Source of the DNA: Scenedesmus sp. PABB004
Lineage: Eukaryota
NCBI GenBank assembly: GCA_014905635.1
Contig: JABVCE010000013.1
Coordinates: 744,001 to 808,000 of the forward strand
Length of the DNA: 64,000 nt
Direction: 5' to 3'
In this document: one piece after another, positions 34,975 to 47,644 of the stretch
Numbering within the stretch: the stretch's first letter is position 1
Layout: every line of letters starts with the position of its first letter
Made by a program: the position numbers and the translations under genes
The notes under the pieces: model-generated
The model's input: only the letters and a program-made list of their open reading frames with translations
The model's database searches: none
What the model was told of the DNA's origin: nothing

Positions 34975-37900
34975 GGCGCGCGCGCGCGTCGGTCGGGCGC
35001 CGCCGCGGCGCGGCGGGGGGCGCGGGACGGGGAGGCGCGGCGCTGGGTGCGGCGCTGGGTGCGGGGGCTGGCCGCCGCACCCGTGCCGCGGCCGAGCTCG
35101 TCCATGATGACCAGCGACCGACGCGTCGCGCCCGCGAGGATGGCCGCCGCGTCGCCGAGCTCCTCTGCGCGCGGGCGCGGCGCGGGCGGGGTCGGGCGGG
35201 GCCAGGGCGCGCCGGCGGGCGGCCGCCGCAGCCCCGGGAGCGCCACACGCGAGCCCCGCGCCGCGCCCCGCGCGCCTGCAAACGTGGAGCGCCCCGCGAG
35301 CAGGCAGTCGCGCGCGCCCATGCGGCTGTGCACGCCATCAAACACAGACAGCTCGCACCGCGCCGCCGGCACCCACGACCCGAGCTGCGGCGCGACGCGG
35401 CGGCGCCGCCGGCGGCGTTAGCCCGACGCCCGCGCGCGCTCGCGCGCGCTCGCACGCGCGCGGGGCCGCGGCGGCGCGACGGCCCTCTCTGCGGCGCGTG
35501 GGCCCGAGCGGCGGCGGCGCACGGGCGGGGCCGCAGCAGCGCAGCGGCCCTCTCGGTGGCGGTGCCGCACCTGGGCAAGAATGACGGTGACCGCCGCCTG
35601 CCGGATCAGCACGCTCTTGCCGCCGGCGTTGGGGCTGCGAGCGCGCGGCGGCGGCGGCAGGCCGCGGTCCAGCTCCGCGCGCGGACGCACGCAAGTGGCC
35701 AGGCGGCCAGGCAGGCAGGGAGGCGGCAGCGCGGCGCGGCGGGGCGCGGCGTGGTGCGCACCCCGTGACGATCGCCGCGCGCACGCCGTCCCATCGCAGC
35801 TCGAGGCTGTTGCCCACGGCGGCGCCGTCGAGCGCCGCGTCGAGCATCGGGTGCTTGCCGGCCTCAATCACGAGGCGCTGCGGCTCGCCCTCGGGCGCAA
35901 ACGCCGGCCGTACGTAGCCGGGCGAGCCCGCGAGCGTCGCGAGCGACTGCAGCGCGTCGAGCGCGGCCGCCGCGCAGACGGCCTCCCGGCACGCCGCGTA
36001 GTGGTCGCCGGCGAAGCGGCGGAGCGCCGCCGCCCACGACGACGCGCACGTCGCGGTCAGCGCCTCCTGCGCGCGCGCGAGCGCGGCGACGCCGGCCTTG
36101 ACCTCTGGCGCTCGGTAGCGGGCGACCTTCTTGGTCGCGCACACCTGGGCGGCAGGGGTGAGGGGCGAGGAACAGCCGGCGGGGCGGCGGGAGGGCGCGT
36201 CGCGGCTCGTCCGGGCGTGCACGGCCTGCGCCGCGCCGCGCAGCGCTGCGCTCGGACCTTCTCCCAGCCCGCCGGCACGGCCGTGCGCGCCGCGGGGAGC
36301 TCGACCAGGTGGGTGCCCTGGTTCTGAATGCTCACATACGCCAGCTGCGCCACGCCCGCCGCGCGCGCGAGTGCCGGCAGCAGGCCGGCGAGGTGCGCCT
36401 CCGCCGCCGCGACGGCCTCGCGCCGCTCAAACACCTGCGCGCGCCGCGGCCGGGAGCGCCCGGGGGCGCGCGAGTGGGGCGCCGGCTGGCGGGCGGCGCG
36501 CGGCGCGAGACGGGGCGCGTGTGCGGCGCGCGCGCGCCTCTGGGAAGCGCTGCCGGCTCTTGAACAGCGCGAGGTAGTCGTTCTTGGCCGCCGCCGCGGC
36601 GTCGAGCCAGCCCAGCGCCTCTGCGCTCGCCGACACCGCGCCCGGCGCGGCCGCGGACGCGAGCAGCTGCGCCAGCAGCCGGCTCGGCAGCGCGGCGGCG
36701 AGCGCGCGCAGGTCAACCTGCCCGCTGCCGGGCTCCAGCGGCAGCTGCAGGCTCTCGGGCAGCTGCGGCCGCCGTCCGCACGCGGGCAGGGGGGTCGTGG
36801 TGAGCGGCGGACCCCGGAGCCCGGCGGCGCGCCTGCGCGGCAGGCGCGCAGCCCCCGCCGCCCGCGCCCGCGCCGCGCCGGCGCGCCGCACCTGCGAGAG
36901 CGCCTGCCACAGCCCCACCGCCTCCGCCGGCGCCGCGGTGCCCGCCGCCACGCGCGACAGCCCCCGCTCCAGGTCCTGCTTCGTCGACTTCAGCCAGGCG
37001 GCGATGCGCTGCAGCAGCCCGCCGCCCCCGCCCGCGCCGCCCGGCGTTGCGGGGCCCTCGCCCGCCGGCGCGCCGCCGCCGCCGCTCGCGGTCAGCAGCG
37101 CCTGCGGCCGGCGGGCGCGGCGGCACGCCGTCGGCGCTGCGCGGGCCGGCACCGCGCCCGCGCCCAGCGCACGACCCCGCGGCGCCGCGGCACGCCCGCC
37201 CGCCCGCCTGCCGGCCCTCCACCTCGCCCCGACCGCCGCCGCACCTGCACCGCGTCCTGGCGGTCCAGGATGAGCCGCCTGTCGGCCAGCGGCGCCGCGA
37301 GCCAGCGGCGCAGCAGCCGCCCGCCCGCCGGCGTGGCGCAGCGGTCCACGAGCGCCAGCAGCGACCCGGCGCGGCTGCCCGCGAGCGGGCCCTCGTCCCC
37401 ACCGGCGGCCAGGATCTCGAGCTGGCGCAGCGCGTTGCCGTCGAGGCGCAGCGCCGCGCCCACGCCGAGCTGCCGGAAGCTCCCCGTCGCGCGCAGGACG
37501 CCGGTGAGGCCAAAGGGCTCCAGGTAGCGCAGCGCGCCGCCGAGCGCGAGCAGCACCGGCTGCGGCAGGGACAGCACGAAGCGCAGCGCCTCGCCGCCGG
37601 CCGCCTCGCCACCGGTGCCGCCGCCACCGGCCGCATCACCGCCGTCACCATAAAAGTCGGTGAGCTGCTGCAGCGTGGCGGCGTCCAGGTACGCGCCGCC
37701 GCCGCCGCTCGCTGCGCCCCCGCCGCCGCCCGGCCGCTGGAGGCGCTCGAGGCGGCAGCGCCGCCCCGCCGTGCCCGCCATGTAGCTGGCCAGCAGCCGG
37801 CTGGTCGCGGCGCTGATCGGCTCCACGACGACGATGTCAGCCGGGCTGAGCGACAGCAGCACGGCCTCCAGCGGCGCCGGCGCCGCCGGGTCGCCGCCCT

Positions 37901-39715
37901 GGCTCGCGCCGGCCTGGCTCGGCGCGGCGGCCGCGGCCTGCGTGGCCCCCGCCACGGCCTGGCTCTGCGCGCTGCCGCGCCGGCGTGGCGCGGCGCCGCC
38001 GCCGGCGATCGCGCTGGCAGCGAGGCCCCAGGCGATGTCGCCGCTGCCCGCATCGACCGCCAGCACGCCCAGCACGCTGCCGCCGCCGCTGCCGCCGCCC
38101 TGCGTGGCGCCCTGCGTGGCGCCGTCGTCGCCGCCGCCGCCGCCTGCGTCTGCCTCGGTCAGCACCATCAGATAGCTGGGCGCGCCGCCGCCGCCGCCGC
38201 GGGCACCGCGGGCGCCGCCGTCGGCGCGGCCCAGCTGGATCTCCAGGCCCTGGCTGACCTCCATCGCCGTCGCCTCGCCTGCGGCGGCGGCGGCGGCGGC
38301 GGCGGCGCCGGCACGGCTCTGACGCGGCGCCGGGCGCGCCCGCTGCCGCGAGCAGCCAGGTGCCAGGCGCGCGCACCGAGCTTGTCTGCCTTCTCCCCTG
38401 CCTCGAGGGTCGCCGCGGTGAACAAGCCCGTGAGCTGGCGTGAGAAGGGGGCGCTGCGGTTGTCGCTCGCTGCCTTGAGCGCCGCCGACTCGACCTGCCG
38501 CACCACGCCGACCTGCGGCGGCGCAGCACGCGTGGCGGCAGCGCGGGGTTTGACGGGGCTGACGGACGCGGCGCGGCATGCGGCGGGCGGCGCGACGCGG
38601 CGCGCGGCGCACCTTGTGCCCCGCCGCGACGAGGCGGCGCACGTGGATGGGCAGGCGCTGCACCGGGAAGGAGCAGGTCAGGAAGCTGTGGTCGGGGTAG
38701 GCGTGCAGGCCGAGCTCCTGCGGCGCCGCGCCGGTGCGGCGCCGCCGCGGGGGCGGGCGGGCGGGCGGGCGGGCGGCGGGCGGGCGGGCCCGTCGGCGGC
38801 CGGCGGGGCGCCGGGGGCGCCGCCTGCCGCTGCCGCTGCGGCTGAAGCGCGCGCACCGTCGCCGCGAGCTGCGCGTCCTCGCCGAAGAAGCGCATCTTGT
38901 AGCCCACCTCAACCACCAGCACCACCTGGGCGGCGCGGCGGCGCTCAGCGCCCGCCCGGCTGCCCCAGCCAAACCGCCGCAACCGCCGCAACCGCCGCAA
39001 CCGCCGCAACCGCCGCAACCGCCGCCACCGCTCGGCGGCGTGGTGCCGCGCGCGCCCGCGTGGCGCGCGCGCGCACCCCCGGGTGGGCCGCCTTGAGCGC
39101 GACCACCTGCTGCTCCAGCGGCGTGTACTTGGGCTCGCCGGCCTGCCCGCTCGCGCCGGCGCCGCGCCCGCCGCGCCCACCGCGCGCGCCCGCCGCCGCG
39201 TCGCCCGCCGCGCCCGCCGCGCCCGCCGCGCCAGGCGGCGGCCCCGGCTCGGCGAGGCTCGCCGCGCCGCGCGCGCCGACGAGCTTGGCCTGCGCCTTGC
39301 TGTGGCGCGCCGCGGAGCGTTCGGCGGGGATGAGCGCTGCTGCGCCGTCCCCGCCCGCTGCTGCCGCTGCCGCTGCTGCCGCCGCCGCTGCCTCGCCCGC
39401 GCCCGCGCCCGCGTCCGCGCCCGCGTCGCCCGCAGCATGCGCCTGGTCCTCCACGACCTCGTCGCCCTCGAGGTCGATCTCCACGACCGGGGGCGCCCCC
39501 GGCAGGGAGCCCTCCCGGCGGCGGCGCTTCGCCTGCTGCTCGCCGGCCGCGCTGCGCTCCGCGCCGGCGCCCGCGGTGGGCTGCCGCTCCGCGAGCGGCT
39601 TTGCGGATGAGGACTTGACCACCTTGGTAGGCGCAAAGAAGGCGCTGATCGAGCGCTGGCCCGGCGGCGCCGCCGCCGCGGCGTCGCCGCCGCCGCTCTT
39701 CCTGCCGCGCTTCAT
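33996..39715 (-). CDS. MSH3: DNA mismatch repair protein MSH3 (MutS-beta subunit)
   Basis: N-terminal PIP box [30 protein letters not shown] (MSH3-type domain I lacking the GxFYE Phe); TG|PNAGGKS Walker [44 protein letters not shown]. Confidence 0.95.
34173..34256 (-). repeat. Uninterrupted (CAG)28 encoding polyglutamine in the MSH3 last exon
   Basis: 84 nt of perfect CTG on + strand, in frame HGE-Q28-LGG. Confidence 0.95.
38972..39026. repeat. Intronic 9-mer tandem repeat (AACCGCCGC)n, ~6 units
   Basis: Seen directly in the first MSH3 intron. Confidence 0.8.
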
Positions 39716-39908
39716 CGTGCCGCGCCCCACGCCCTCCAAGGTGTCGGCAGGTCGGTCACGGACGCGGCTGGCGCGCGAGGCCGGGGTCACAGCGCGGCGA
39801 CGCGTTCGTTTGAAAAACCGCGAGGTTCTGCGGCCGCCCGCGCGCACGCCCCCGCTCGTCGCTCCTGCACAGCGCCGCCGCTGCAGCTCCACCCCCCCCC
39901 CCCCTCTC

Positions 39909-41641
39909 TCACAGCTCTGCCAGCCAGCTGCCCGCCGCCGAGCCGGGCGCGGCGGCGGGCACTCCCTCGCGGATGCCGCCGCCGGGCGCGGCGGCAGCGC
40001 CGCCGCCGGCGAGCGCGGGCGGCGCGGTGCCGTCGAGGCTGGGCCGCAGGCTCGCGACCGCCGCCATCGCGCCGCGCATCGCGAGCCGCTCCGTGCGGCG
40101 CCGCCGCGCGCCCTCGTCGCGCAGCCGCTCCGCCGGCGTCTGGGGGGCGAGCTCAAAGGGAATCGTCGTCGGCGCGCCGCGCTGGTCGACCACCACAAGC
40201 GTCGCAAACGCGTCGGCGCAGTGGAACACGGCGCCGATTGAGGGCGTCTCGGCAAAGACGCTGATCATGACCTCCAGGCTCGAGCTGAAGATCGCCGAGA
40301 CCTGGGCCGAGATGTACAGCACGTCTGCAGGCACACACAATTTCATCGCGCGCGGCCGTGCGCGAGCGGGGCGGCGTGGGGCAGGGCGCGCGCGCGCCTG
40401 CGCGCGCGCGAGCGGAGCAGGCCGGCGGCGGCGGCGCGGGGGCCGCGGGCGCGCGCACCGCCGACGCGCGTGCTCGCCGCAAAGACGACCGAGTCCATGC
40501 CCGCGGTGAGGTGGTGCGGCCCGCGCAGGCGCGACGCGCTGATGTAGGCCGCCTGCTCCATCCACGACAGCACCTGCCCGCCAAACGTGATGCCCTGCGC
40601 TCGCCGCGGCGGGGGCAGCGGCGGCGGCAGCGCGGGTCGGCGGGCCTGCGGCGGGCGGGCCTGCGCGCGTGCGAGCAGCGCGTCGCACTGCGCCGCGCCG
40701 TGCGGCGCACCAGCGTGTTGGCGTGCTGCGGCATCACGCTCTGAGTCATGTAGGCGGTCGTGGCGCTCGGCGGCACGCGCCGCCGCCCGCTGCCGCCGCC
40801 GTCGGCGCCGCCGCCGCCCGGCGCCGCGCCCGCGCCGTCCGCGGGCGGGCCCTGCAGCGTCAGCGCCGGCGGCAGCGTGGGGCAGCCCTCGCGGTGCGTC
40901 ACGGGCTGCAGCCGGCACGCCGCGGCGGCCGCCGCGCGCTGCGGGTCGCTGACGGCCGCGCGCCGCTGCGCGAGGCGCTGCTGCCGCCGCGCCTCGGCCT
41001 GCGCGTGGATGCGCCGCTGCTCGCTGCTGGTGGGCACCACGCGCGGCAGCTGCCGCCGCGGCTGCTGCGCCTGCTGCGCCTGCTGCGCCTGCTGCGCCTG
41101 CTGCGGCGCCGCCACCTGCTGCGCCTGCTGCTGCGCCGCCGCCAGCGGGCGCGGCGGCCGGCTCTTGAGGCTGACAAAGGTGAGGTACGCGCTGCAGCAG
41201 TGCCGCCGCGCGCCGGTCGCCATGTCCTCCGCCTCGACGCGCACGCCGACCTCCATACTGCTGTGGAAGGTGCGGTTGACCATGGCGGCGATGATCACCA
41301 CGTCGCCGCGGCGCGTCGGCCGGAAGAAGTGCACGGCGTCGACGCTGATCGTCACGCACGGCCCCCGCGCGAGCGTCTTGGCCGACAGCCCCGCCGCGAC
41401 GTCGATCCAGGACAGCACCTGGCCGCCAAACGCGATGCCCAACGCGTCGACCTCGGCGGGCGCGACGATCTGCGGCGCCGCGGGGCGGTTGCGGGCGGTA
41501 GGCAACCAGCGGCAGCCGGGCTGGCCGCGCAGCCGGGCGGGCGGGCGGCGGCGCGCCTGGTGCATGACGATGCGCGTCGCGTCCATCGCCACCGCCTCTG
41601 GCAGCTCGGGCTGCTGCTGCGCGGGCTGCTCCGCGGCCGCT

Positions 41642-41674
<33 letters not shown>

Positions 41675-41931
41675 GCGGGCTGCTCCGCGGCCGCTGGCTG
41701 CTGCTGCTGCTGCTGCTGCTGCGCGGGCTGCTCCGCGGCCCCTGGCTGCTGCTGCTGCTGCTGCGCGGGCTGCTCCGCGGCCGCTGGCTGCTGCTCCTGC
41801 TCCTGCAGCTGCGCCGTTGCTAGCAGCGGCACCGCCGCGCCGCCGCCGAGCTGCGCCTCGATCTCCGCCAGGCGAGCCTTGAGGCTGTGCAGCTCCAGGA
41901 GCAGCTCATCGCGCCCCGGCGGCGCCGGCAT
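39909..41931 (-). CDS. Double hotdog-fold acyl-CoA thioesterase (ACOT7/11/12-like, no START domain)
   Basis: IVAPAEVDALGIAFGGQVLSWIDVAA..VNRTFHSSMEVGV and VMPQHANTL|GITFGGQVLSWMEQAA..SSLEVMISV; QQPAAAEQPA repeats in the N-terminus; 3 introns. Confidence 0.9.
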
Positions 41932-42278
41932 CGCCCGGCGGCGACGGTACGCGCGTGGAGCGGCGAGCGCGCGGAGCGGCGACGGCAAGCGCGCGGAGCG
42001 GCGACGGCGGGCTCGGCAGGCTTCCGGAGGCGACGCTGGGCTGTGCGTTCGGCGATGCTGTGGTGGGCGGGCGCCAGTGGGCGGGGCGAGCGGCAGCGAG
42101 CGTCCGCGTGCAGCGACAGCGCCGTCACGAGATTTTCCTGAACCGAACCGCGGGCTCGGCCGGCTCTGGGCGCCGACCGTTCCCTCACGCACCCACACGC
42201 GCTGCGCCCGCGATCGCCGCGGCTGCAGCTCGCGGCGGCGGCGGCGGCAGCGGCGCGCGCTGCTCGCCCGCCCGCAGC

Positions 42279-45200
42279 ATGCGGGCGCTGCTGCTCCTGC
42301 TGCTGGGCCTGCTGCCGGCCGCTGCACAGGAGGCGCAGGATGGTGTCGAGCAGGTGCGCGCGCCGCTCCGCTCCGCGGAACGCGGCCGGCAGCGCCCGCG
42401 ACGCGCGCCGCCCGCTGCCCTGCGCGGGCGTTGTCGCAGGGGCCCGTGGCGGCCGCCGCCCGCCACGAAGACCCAGCCGCGGCGCCGCTGGCCCGGCTGG
42501 ACCTCTCCTCCGGGCCCTGGGCGCTGACGAGCGCCAACGGCAGCGTGCACGTGCGCGCGGCGCGCCTGCCGGCGCACGTCCTCGGCCTGCTCGCCGCGGC
42601 GGGCGTCGTCGCGGCCGACCCGCTCGCCGGGTACGGCGAGCTGACAACGCGCTGGGTGGCGGAGGAGACCTGGAACCTCACGCACACCTGGGCGGGCGCG
42701 CGGCACGGCGGCGTCGCGGCGCACGCGCACGCGCTGCTCGTCCTGCACGGCGTCGACACCTTCGGCACCGCCCTGCTCAACGGCCGGCCCCTGGCCACGA
42801 CGGACAACGCGCACAGGGCGTGGTGGCTGCCGCTCGCGCCCGGCGCGCTGCGCGGCGGCGCCAACACGCTCTCGCTCGTGCTGCGCCCCGCGGCGGCGGC
42901 GGCGCTGGCGGCCAAGGCGGCACACCCCTACGCCATCCCCACCATGGCGGTGCGCGCCGGCGGCGCCATGCCCCGCCACGCAGGGACGCCGCCCGCGCCG
43001 ACGCGTGCGCGCGCGCGCGCGCGCGCGCCGCCCGCAGGTGCCCGGCGGCCTGGGCGCTTACAACTTTGCCCGCAAGCCCGCCTCGGACTTTGGCTGGTGC
43101 GGCAGCCGCACACGCGCGCGTGCGCACGCGCGCCCCCAGTGCCGCCGCCGGGCCGCTCGGCGGCCTCGATGGCAGCCGCCGACCGCCACAAGCGCCGCCC
43201 GCCGCGGCCGGGCCGCTTCCCGCGCAGGGACTGGGGCCCAGCGTTTGTGCCCGCGGGCGTCACCGGCGCGGTCGAGCTGGTGGGCTTCAGCCGCGCCGCG
43301 CTCATCGGTGCGGCGGCGCCCCTGCGCGCCGGCCAGGTGTCCCGCGCCGCGCTGCAACGCTCGCTCGACCCCGCCGCCACTGCCGCCGCCGCCGCCGCCG
43401 CCGCCGCCGCGCGGCGCAGGCGCGCTCGTGCACCAGCAGTCGCTGAACGGCAGCGCCTTCCAGCTCACGGTCACGGGGCAGCTGCTGGTGCCGCAGGCGG
43501 GCGACTGCGGCGAGTTGCGCGCGTCGCTGCCCGGCCTGGGCCTGGAGGCGAGCCGCCGCGTCGCGCTGGCGCCGGGCGAGGTCGGGGGCAACGCGCTGCA
43601 GGCCCTCGCCAGCGTCACGCTCGTCGTGCCCGCCTCGTCGGTGCGGCTGTGGCAGCCCGCGGGCCGCCTGGAGCCCGGGCAGGCCCAGGCGCTGTACACG
43701 GTCGTCGTGACGTTCTGGCCGGGCCACCAGCCCCAGGCCGGCTGCGGCGCCGCGGCGGCAGCGGCGCGGCGCGCGGGCGGCGCCAGCAGCGTGCGGCGCC
43801 GCGTGGGCTTCAGGACGGTGGAGCTGGTGCGCCAGCCGGTGCGCGCAGCGGCGGCGGAGCTGGTCCCCGGCGCGCGGGCCGGCGCCGCCGCCCACAGCGG
43901 CGGCGCCGGCGCGGCGCGGCCGGCCGGCGCCGGCCGCCCGCCGGCGGGCGCCGGCGCGGGGGCGTGCGCGGCGCCGAGTCTGGAGCGGCGGGAGGAGCAG
44001 GCGGCAGGCGAGGAGGACGAGCAGGGTGAGAGCTTTTATTTCAGGGTCAACGGCCAGCCCCTGTTTGCCAAGGGCGCCAACCTCGTCCCGCTCGCGGTGC
44101 TCAGCACCGCCGTGAGCGACGGCGCCGCCGCCGCGGCGGCGCGCGACGCGGCGGCGGCGGGCATGAACATGCTGCGCGTGTGGGGCGGCGGGCTGTACCA
44201 GCGCGACGCGTTTTATGACGCCGCGGACGAGCTGGGGCTGCTCATCTGGCAGGAGGCCATGTTTGCCTGCTCGCCATACCCCCGGTGCGCGCGGCGCGCC
44301 GCCGCGGGCGCCGCTGGCGGCGCACGACACGGGCCGCACGCGCGCGCGACGCGGCCGGCGCGCGCCGCAGGGACCCCGCGTTCGTGGCGAACGTGGAGGC
44401 GGAGCTGGTGCAGCAGGTGCTGCGCCTCGGCGGCCACGCGAGCGTCGCTCTCTGGGGCGGCAACAATGAGGTCGAGGCCTCGCTCGAGTGGTGAGCCCCG
44501 CGCCGCGCCCCGCGCCCCGCGCCCCGCGCCCCGCGCCCTGCGCCGCGCCCCGCGCGGGGACCCTCGCTGCGCCCCGCACCCGCCGCCGACGCGCCCCGCC
44601 GCCGCCCTGTGCAGGTATGACGACACACGGCGCAACCTGGCGCTGTATGCGGTGGACTACAGCGCCCTGTTTGTGGACGCGGCCGGCCGCACAGTCCAGC
44701 AGGTGGCGCGCCGGCGGGCCCTGGGGCCCGCCCGGCCGCCGCGCGCCGGCCGCCGCGCGCCGGCCGCCGAGCGCCGGCCGCCGCGCGCCGGCCGCCGAGC
44801 GCCGGCCGCCGCGCGCCGCGCAGATGCTGCCGGGCGCCGCGTGGGTGGACGGCTCGCCGAGCAACGGCCTCGTCCCCGCGGCGCGCAGCGCCGGCGGCGC
44901 GGGGGTCAAGCGCTGGGGCCCGCCGCAGAGCACGAAGTGGGCCGCGCCGCGCCACCACGCGCTGCCCCGCGCCGCGCCGCGCCGCGCCGCGCCGCGCCGC
45001 GCCGCGCCGCGCCGCCCTCACGCTGTGCTGCCGCCGCCTGGCCTTCAACAAAGGTACGGCGACGTGCACTACTACAACTATGGCGACGACTGCCAGGACT
45101 GGACCACATACCCCGCCGCGCGGTGCGCGCCACGCGCGCCTGCGCCGCCGCGCGCCGCACGCGACCGCGCCGCCCGGCCCCGGCCCCGGTCTCCGCCGCG

Positions 45201-47064
45201 CCGGACCCGTGCCTGTGCCGCGTGCCCTGCGCCGCCCAGGTTTGTCTCCGAGCATGGCTGGCAGTCTTACCCGTCCTGGGCGGCGTACGCCGCGGCCACG
45301 GGCCCCGCAGACTGGCGGCTCGACTCGGCGATGACCGAGTTCCGGTGAGCTGAGCTGAGCTGAGCTGAGCTGAGCTGAGCTGAGCTGAGCTGAGCTGAGC
45401 TGAGAGCAGCTCAGCTCAGCTAGCAGCGCAGCGCAGCGCAGCGAGAGCCGCTGGGCCAGCCCTCGTGGGGGGGGGGGGGGGCATCAACCTAAGCGCCGCG
45501 CCCCGCGCCGCGCCGCGCGCAGGCAGCGCCACCCCAACGGCACGGCGCAGCTGCTCGCGCAGTTGCGCCGCCGCTTCCGGCTGCCACCGGCGTGGCAGCG
45601 GCTGCTGCCGCCGCCTCCGCCCGCCGGCGGCGCCTGGCGGCGCGCGCTCGCGGGCGCGGCGCGCGCGGCGCGCGCCGCGCTGGCGCGGCTGCTGCCAGGC
45701 CGCAGCGCCGCGGCGCGGGCGCGCGCCGCCGCTGGCGCGGGCGGCGGCGCTGGCGGCGGCGCCACCGCCGGCGGCGAGGTGCGTTCCTGGATCTACCTCA
45801 CTCAGCTGCAGCAGGCGCTGTGCTACGAGACCGCGTTTGCGCGCTGGCGCCGGCTGCGCGCCGAGCCGCGCGTGCTGACCATGGGCGTGCTGTACTGGCA
45901 GCTCAACGACGTCTGGGCGGGTGCGCGCCCATATGGTTCAACCTTAAACCCTTACGCCCTAAGTACCCTGCACCTCCCCCCCTGGGGCTCCCGCGCCGGC
46001 GCCGACGTGCGCGGCGCGCGGACGCCGACGCGCGCCGCCCGCGCGCGGCCGGCGACGCGCAGGTGCGAGCTGGAGCACGGTCGACGTCGGTGGCGTGTGG
46101 AAGCCCGCGCATCACGCGGCGGCGGCGGCGTTCAGTGACCTTGCACTGAGCGTGCAGCACAACCTCACAGACGGCGGCGTCGACGTGCGGCGGCGCGCCC
46201 CGCGCCGCAGCGCGGCGCGCCGCGCCGCGGCGCGCCGCCGATGCAGCGCGCCGCCGCCGTCCACGCCCCGGCCCCTGCGCTGCCGCCGCACAGGTGTACG
46301 TCGTGAGCGACCTGCTGGCGCCGGCGGCGGCGACGCTCACCGTGCGGCTGCTCTCCCTGGACGACTCGACCGACGCGTGCGGGCCGGACCCCAGCCCCAG
46401 CGCCGGCGCCAGCGCCGACGCGCCGTGCGCGCCGAGCGCGGGCTGGGCGCGGCACTGCGAGGCCGCCGCCGTCGTCGTGCCGCCTGGCGGCGCCGCGCTG
46501 GCCTGGTCGGGCAGCGCGGCGTCGCTGCTCGCGGCGGCGCGCGGATGCACCGCGCGCACCTGCTACGTGCACGTGCGCCTGGCGTCCCCGGGGCGGCGCG
46601 GCCAGGAGGCCACGGTGTGGCTCGCGCCCTTTGCGGCGCTGCGCCTGCCGCGTCCGGGGCTGGCGCTGTCCGGCTTTCGCCTCGACGCGCGCGGCGGCGA
46701 CCGCGGCGGCGGCGGCCCGTGGGAGCGCGGCGCCGAGGCCGCCGGCGGCGCGGCCGCGGTGGAATTCACCGTGAGCAGCGCGCGCGTGGCCGCCTACGCG
46801 GTGTGGGAGGTGTCGCCCGGCTGGGCGCTGCCGGGGCGCTTCAGCGACAACGCCGCGACCGTGCACCCGTGCGAGCCGCAGCGCGTGCGCTTCGTGCCGC
46901 GCGGCGGCGCCGCGCCGGCCGGCGTGGCCGGCCGGGCCCTGCTCGCGGCGCCGCCCGAGGGCGCCGGCGGCGGCGCCGCCGACGGGGACGCGCTGCGCGC
47001 GCTGCCGCGCGTGCTGGCCGCGGCGCTGTCGGCGAGCTCCCTGTACGACCACCAGCAGTTTTGA
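42279..47064 (+). CDS. MANBA: Beta-mannosidase, glycoside hydrolase family 2, secreted/vacuolar
   Basis: Signal peptide [68 protein letters not shown] (acid/base); [10 protein letters not shown] (nucleophile); [16 protein letters not shown]. Confidence 0.93.
45346..45420. repeat. (TGAGC)11 array starting at an intron donor, followed by inverted (GCTCA)2
   Basis: Donor GTGAGC at 45345 runs into 11 perfect TGAGC units (45346-45400); GCTCAGCTCAGC at 45409-45420. Confidence 0.9.
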
Positions 47065-47071
47065 GTGTGCC

Positions 47072-47076
47072 TGTAA
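47072..47076 (+). promoter_or_regulatory. TGTAA polyadenylation signal
   Basis: 7 nt after the beta-mannosidase stop codon. Confidence 0.5.
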
Positions 47077-47644
47077 GCCGGGCGCTCCCCCGACCCCCAG
47101 CCCGGTCGGGGCCTGCTGGCGCTGCCGCCGCCGCGCGCCGCGGGTCGGCAGCCGTCCGTCACCCGGCGGCAGGGTTTGCACGGCAGCCATCGCTCCAGCC
47201 AGTGCCCCCCGCGCCTTGCCTGACCGGTACCAGCGCGACTCCGCAGAGGCGGCGGCCCCGGGACCGGGAAGCCAGGCGCCGGGGCCGGCCAATCAATCCG
47301 GGCCACGATTTGCACGGCTTGGTTTGCCGTCCGCAGCTGCCGCCGAGCCGGAAGGTCGATCCCAGGTGCGTGTTGAGGCAGCTTGGCGGCGTCAGGCGTG
47401 TGGGCTCTCGATGCCACCGCGCCACCTGCCAGGCCGGCGCCCCGGCGCGAGCCCACAGCCATGAACTCCTCTCCAACTACCTGCTCCCGCGCAGACCAGC
47501 GCGGACCCGCGCAGACCAGCGCGGGCGCGCCAGCCGCGGCGGCGTCACGCCGGCGGCACCGGCGGCCGCTGCTGCTGCGCGGCGCTGGCGGCGGCCGCCC
47601 TGGCGGCGCGGGGCGCGTGCACCGGCGGGCGCGCCGCCGGCACG

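Noticed and set aside
37047..44029. Very long + strand ORFs (1064 aa, 1089 aa) and many other Arg/Ala/Pro-rich ORFs
   Set aside because: They are antisense or off-frame shadows of MSH3, the thioesterase and others; stop codons are rare at this GC content and the translations lack domain motifs beyond the true exons.
44715..45420. Regular short repeats resembling a CRISPR or iteron array
   Set aside because: Head-to-tail 14-mer and 5-mer satellites without unique spacers, inside introns; no cas genes; eukaryotic context.
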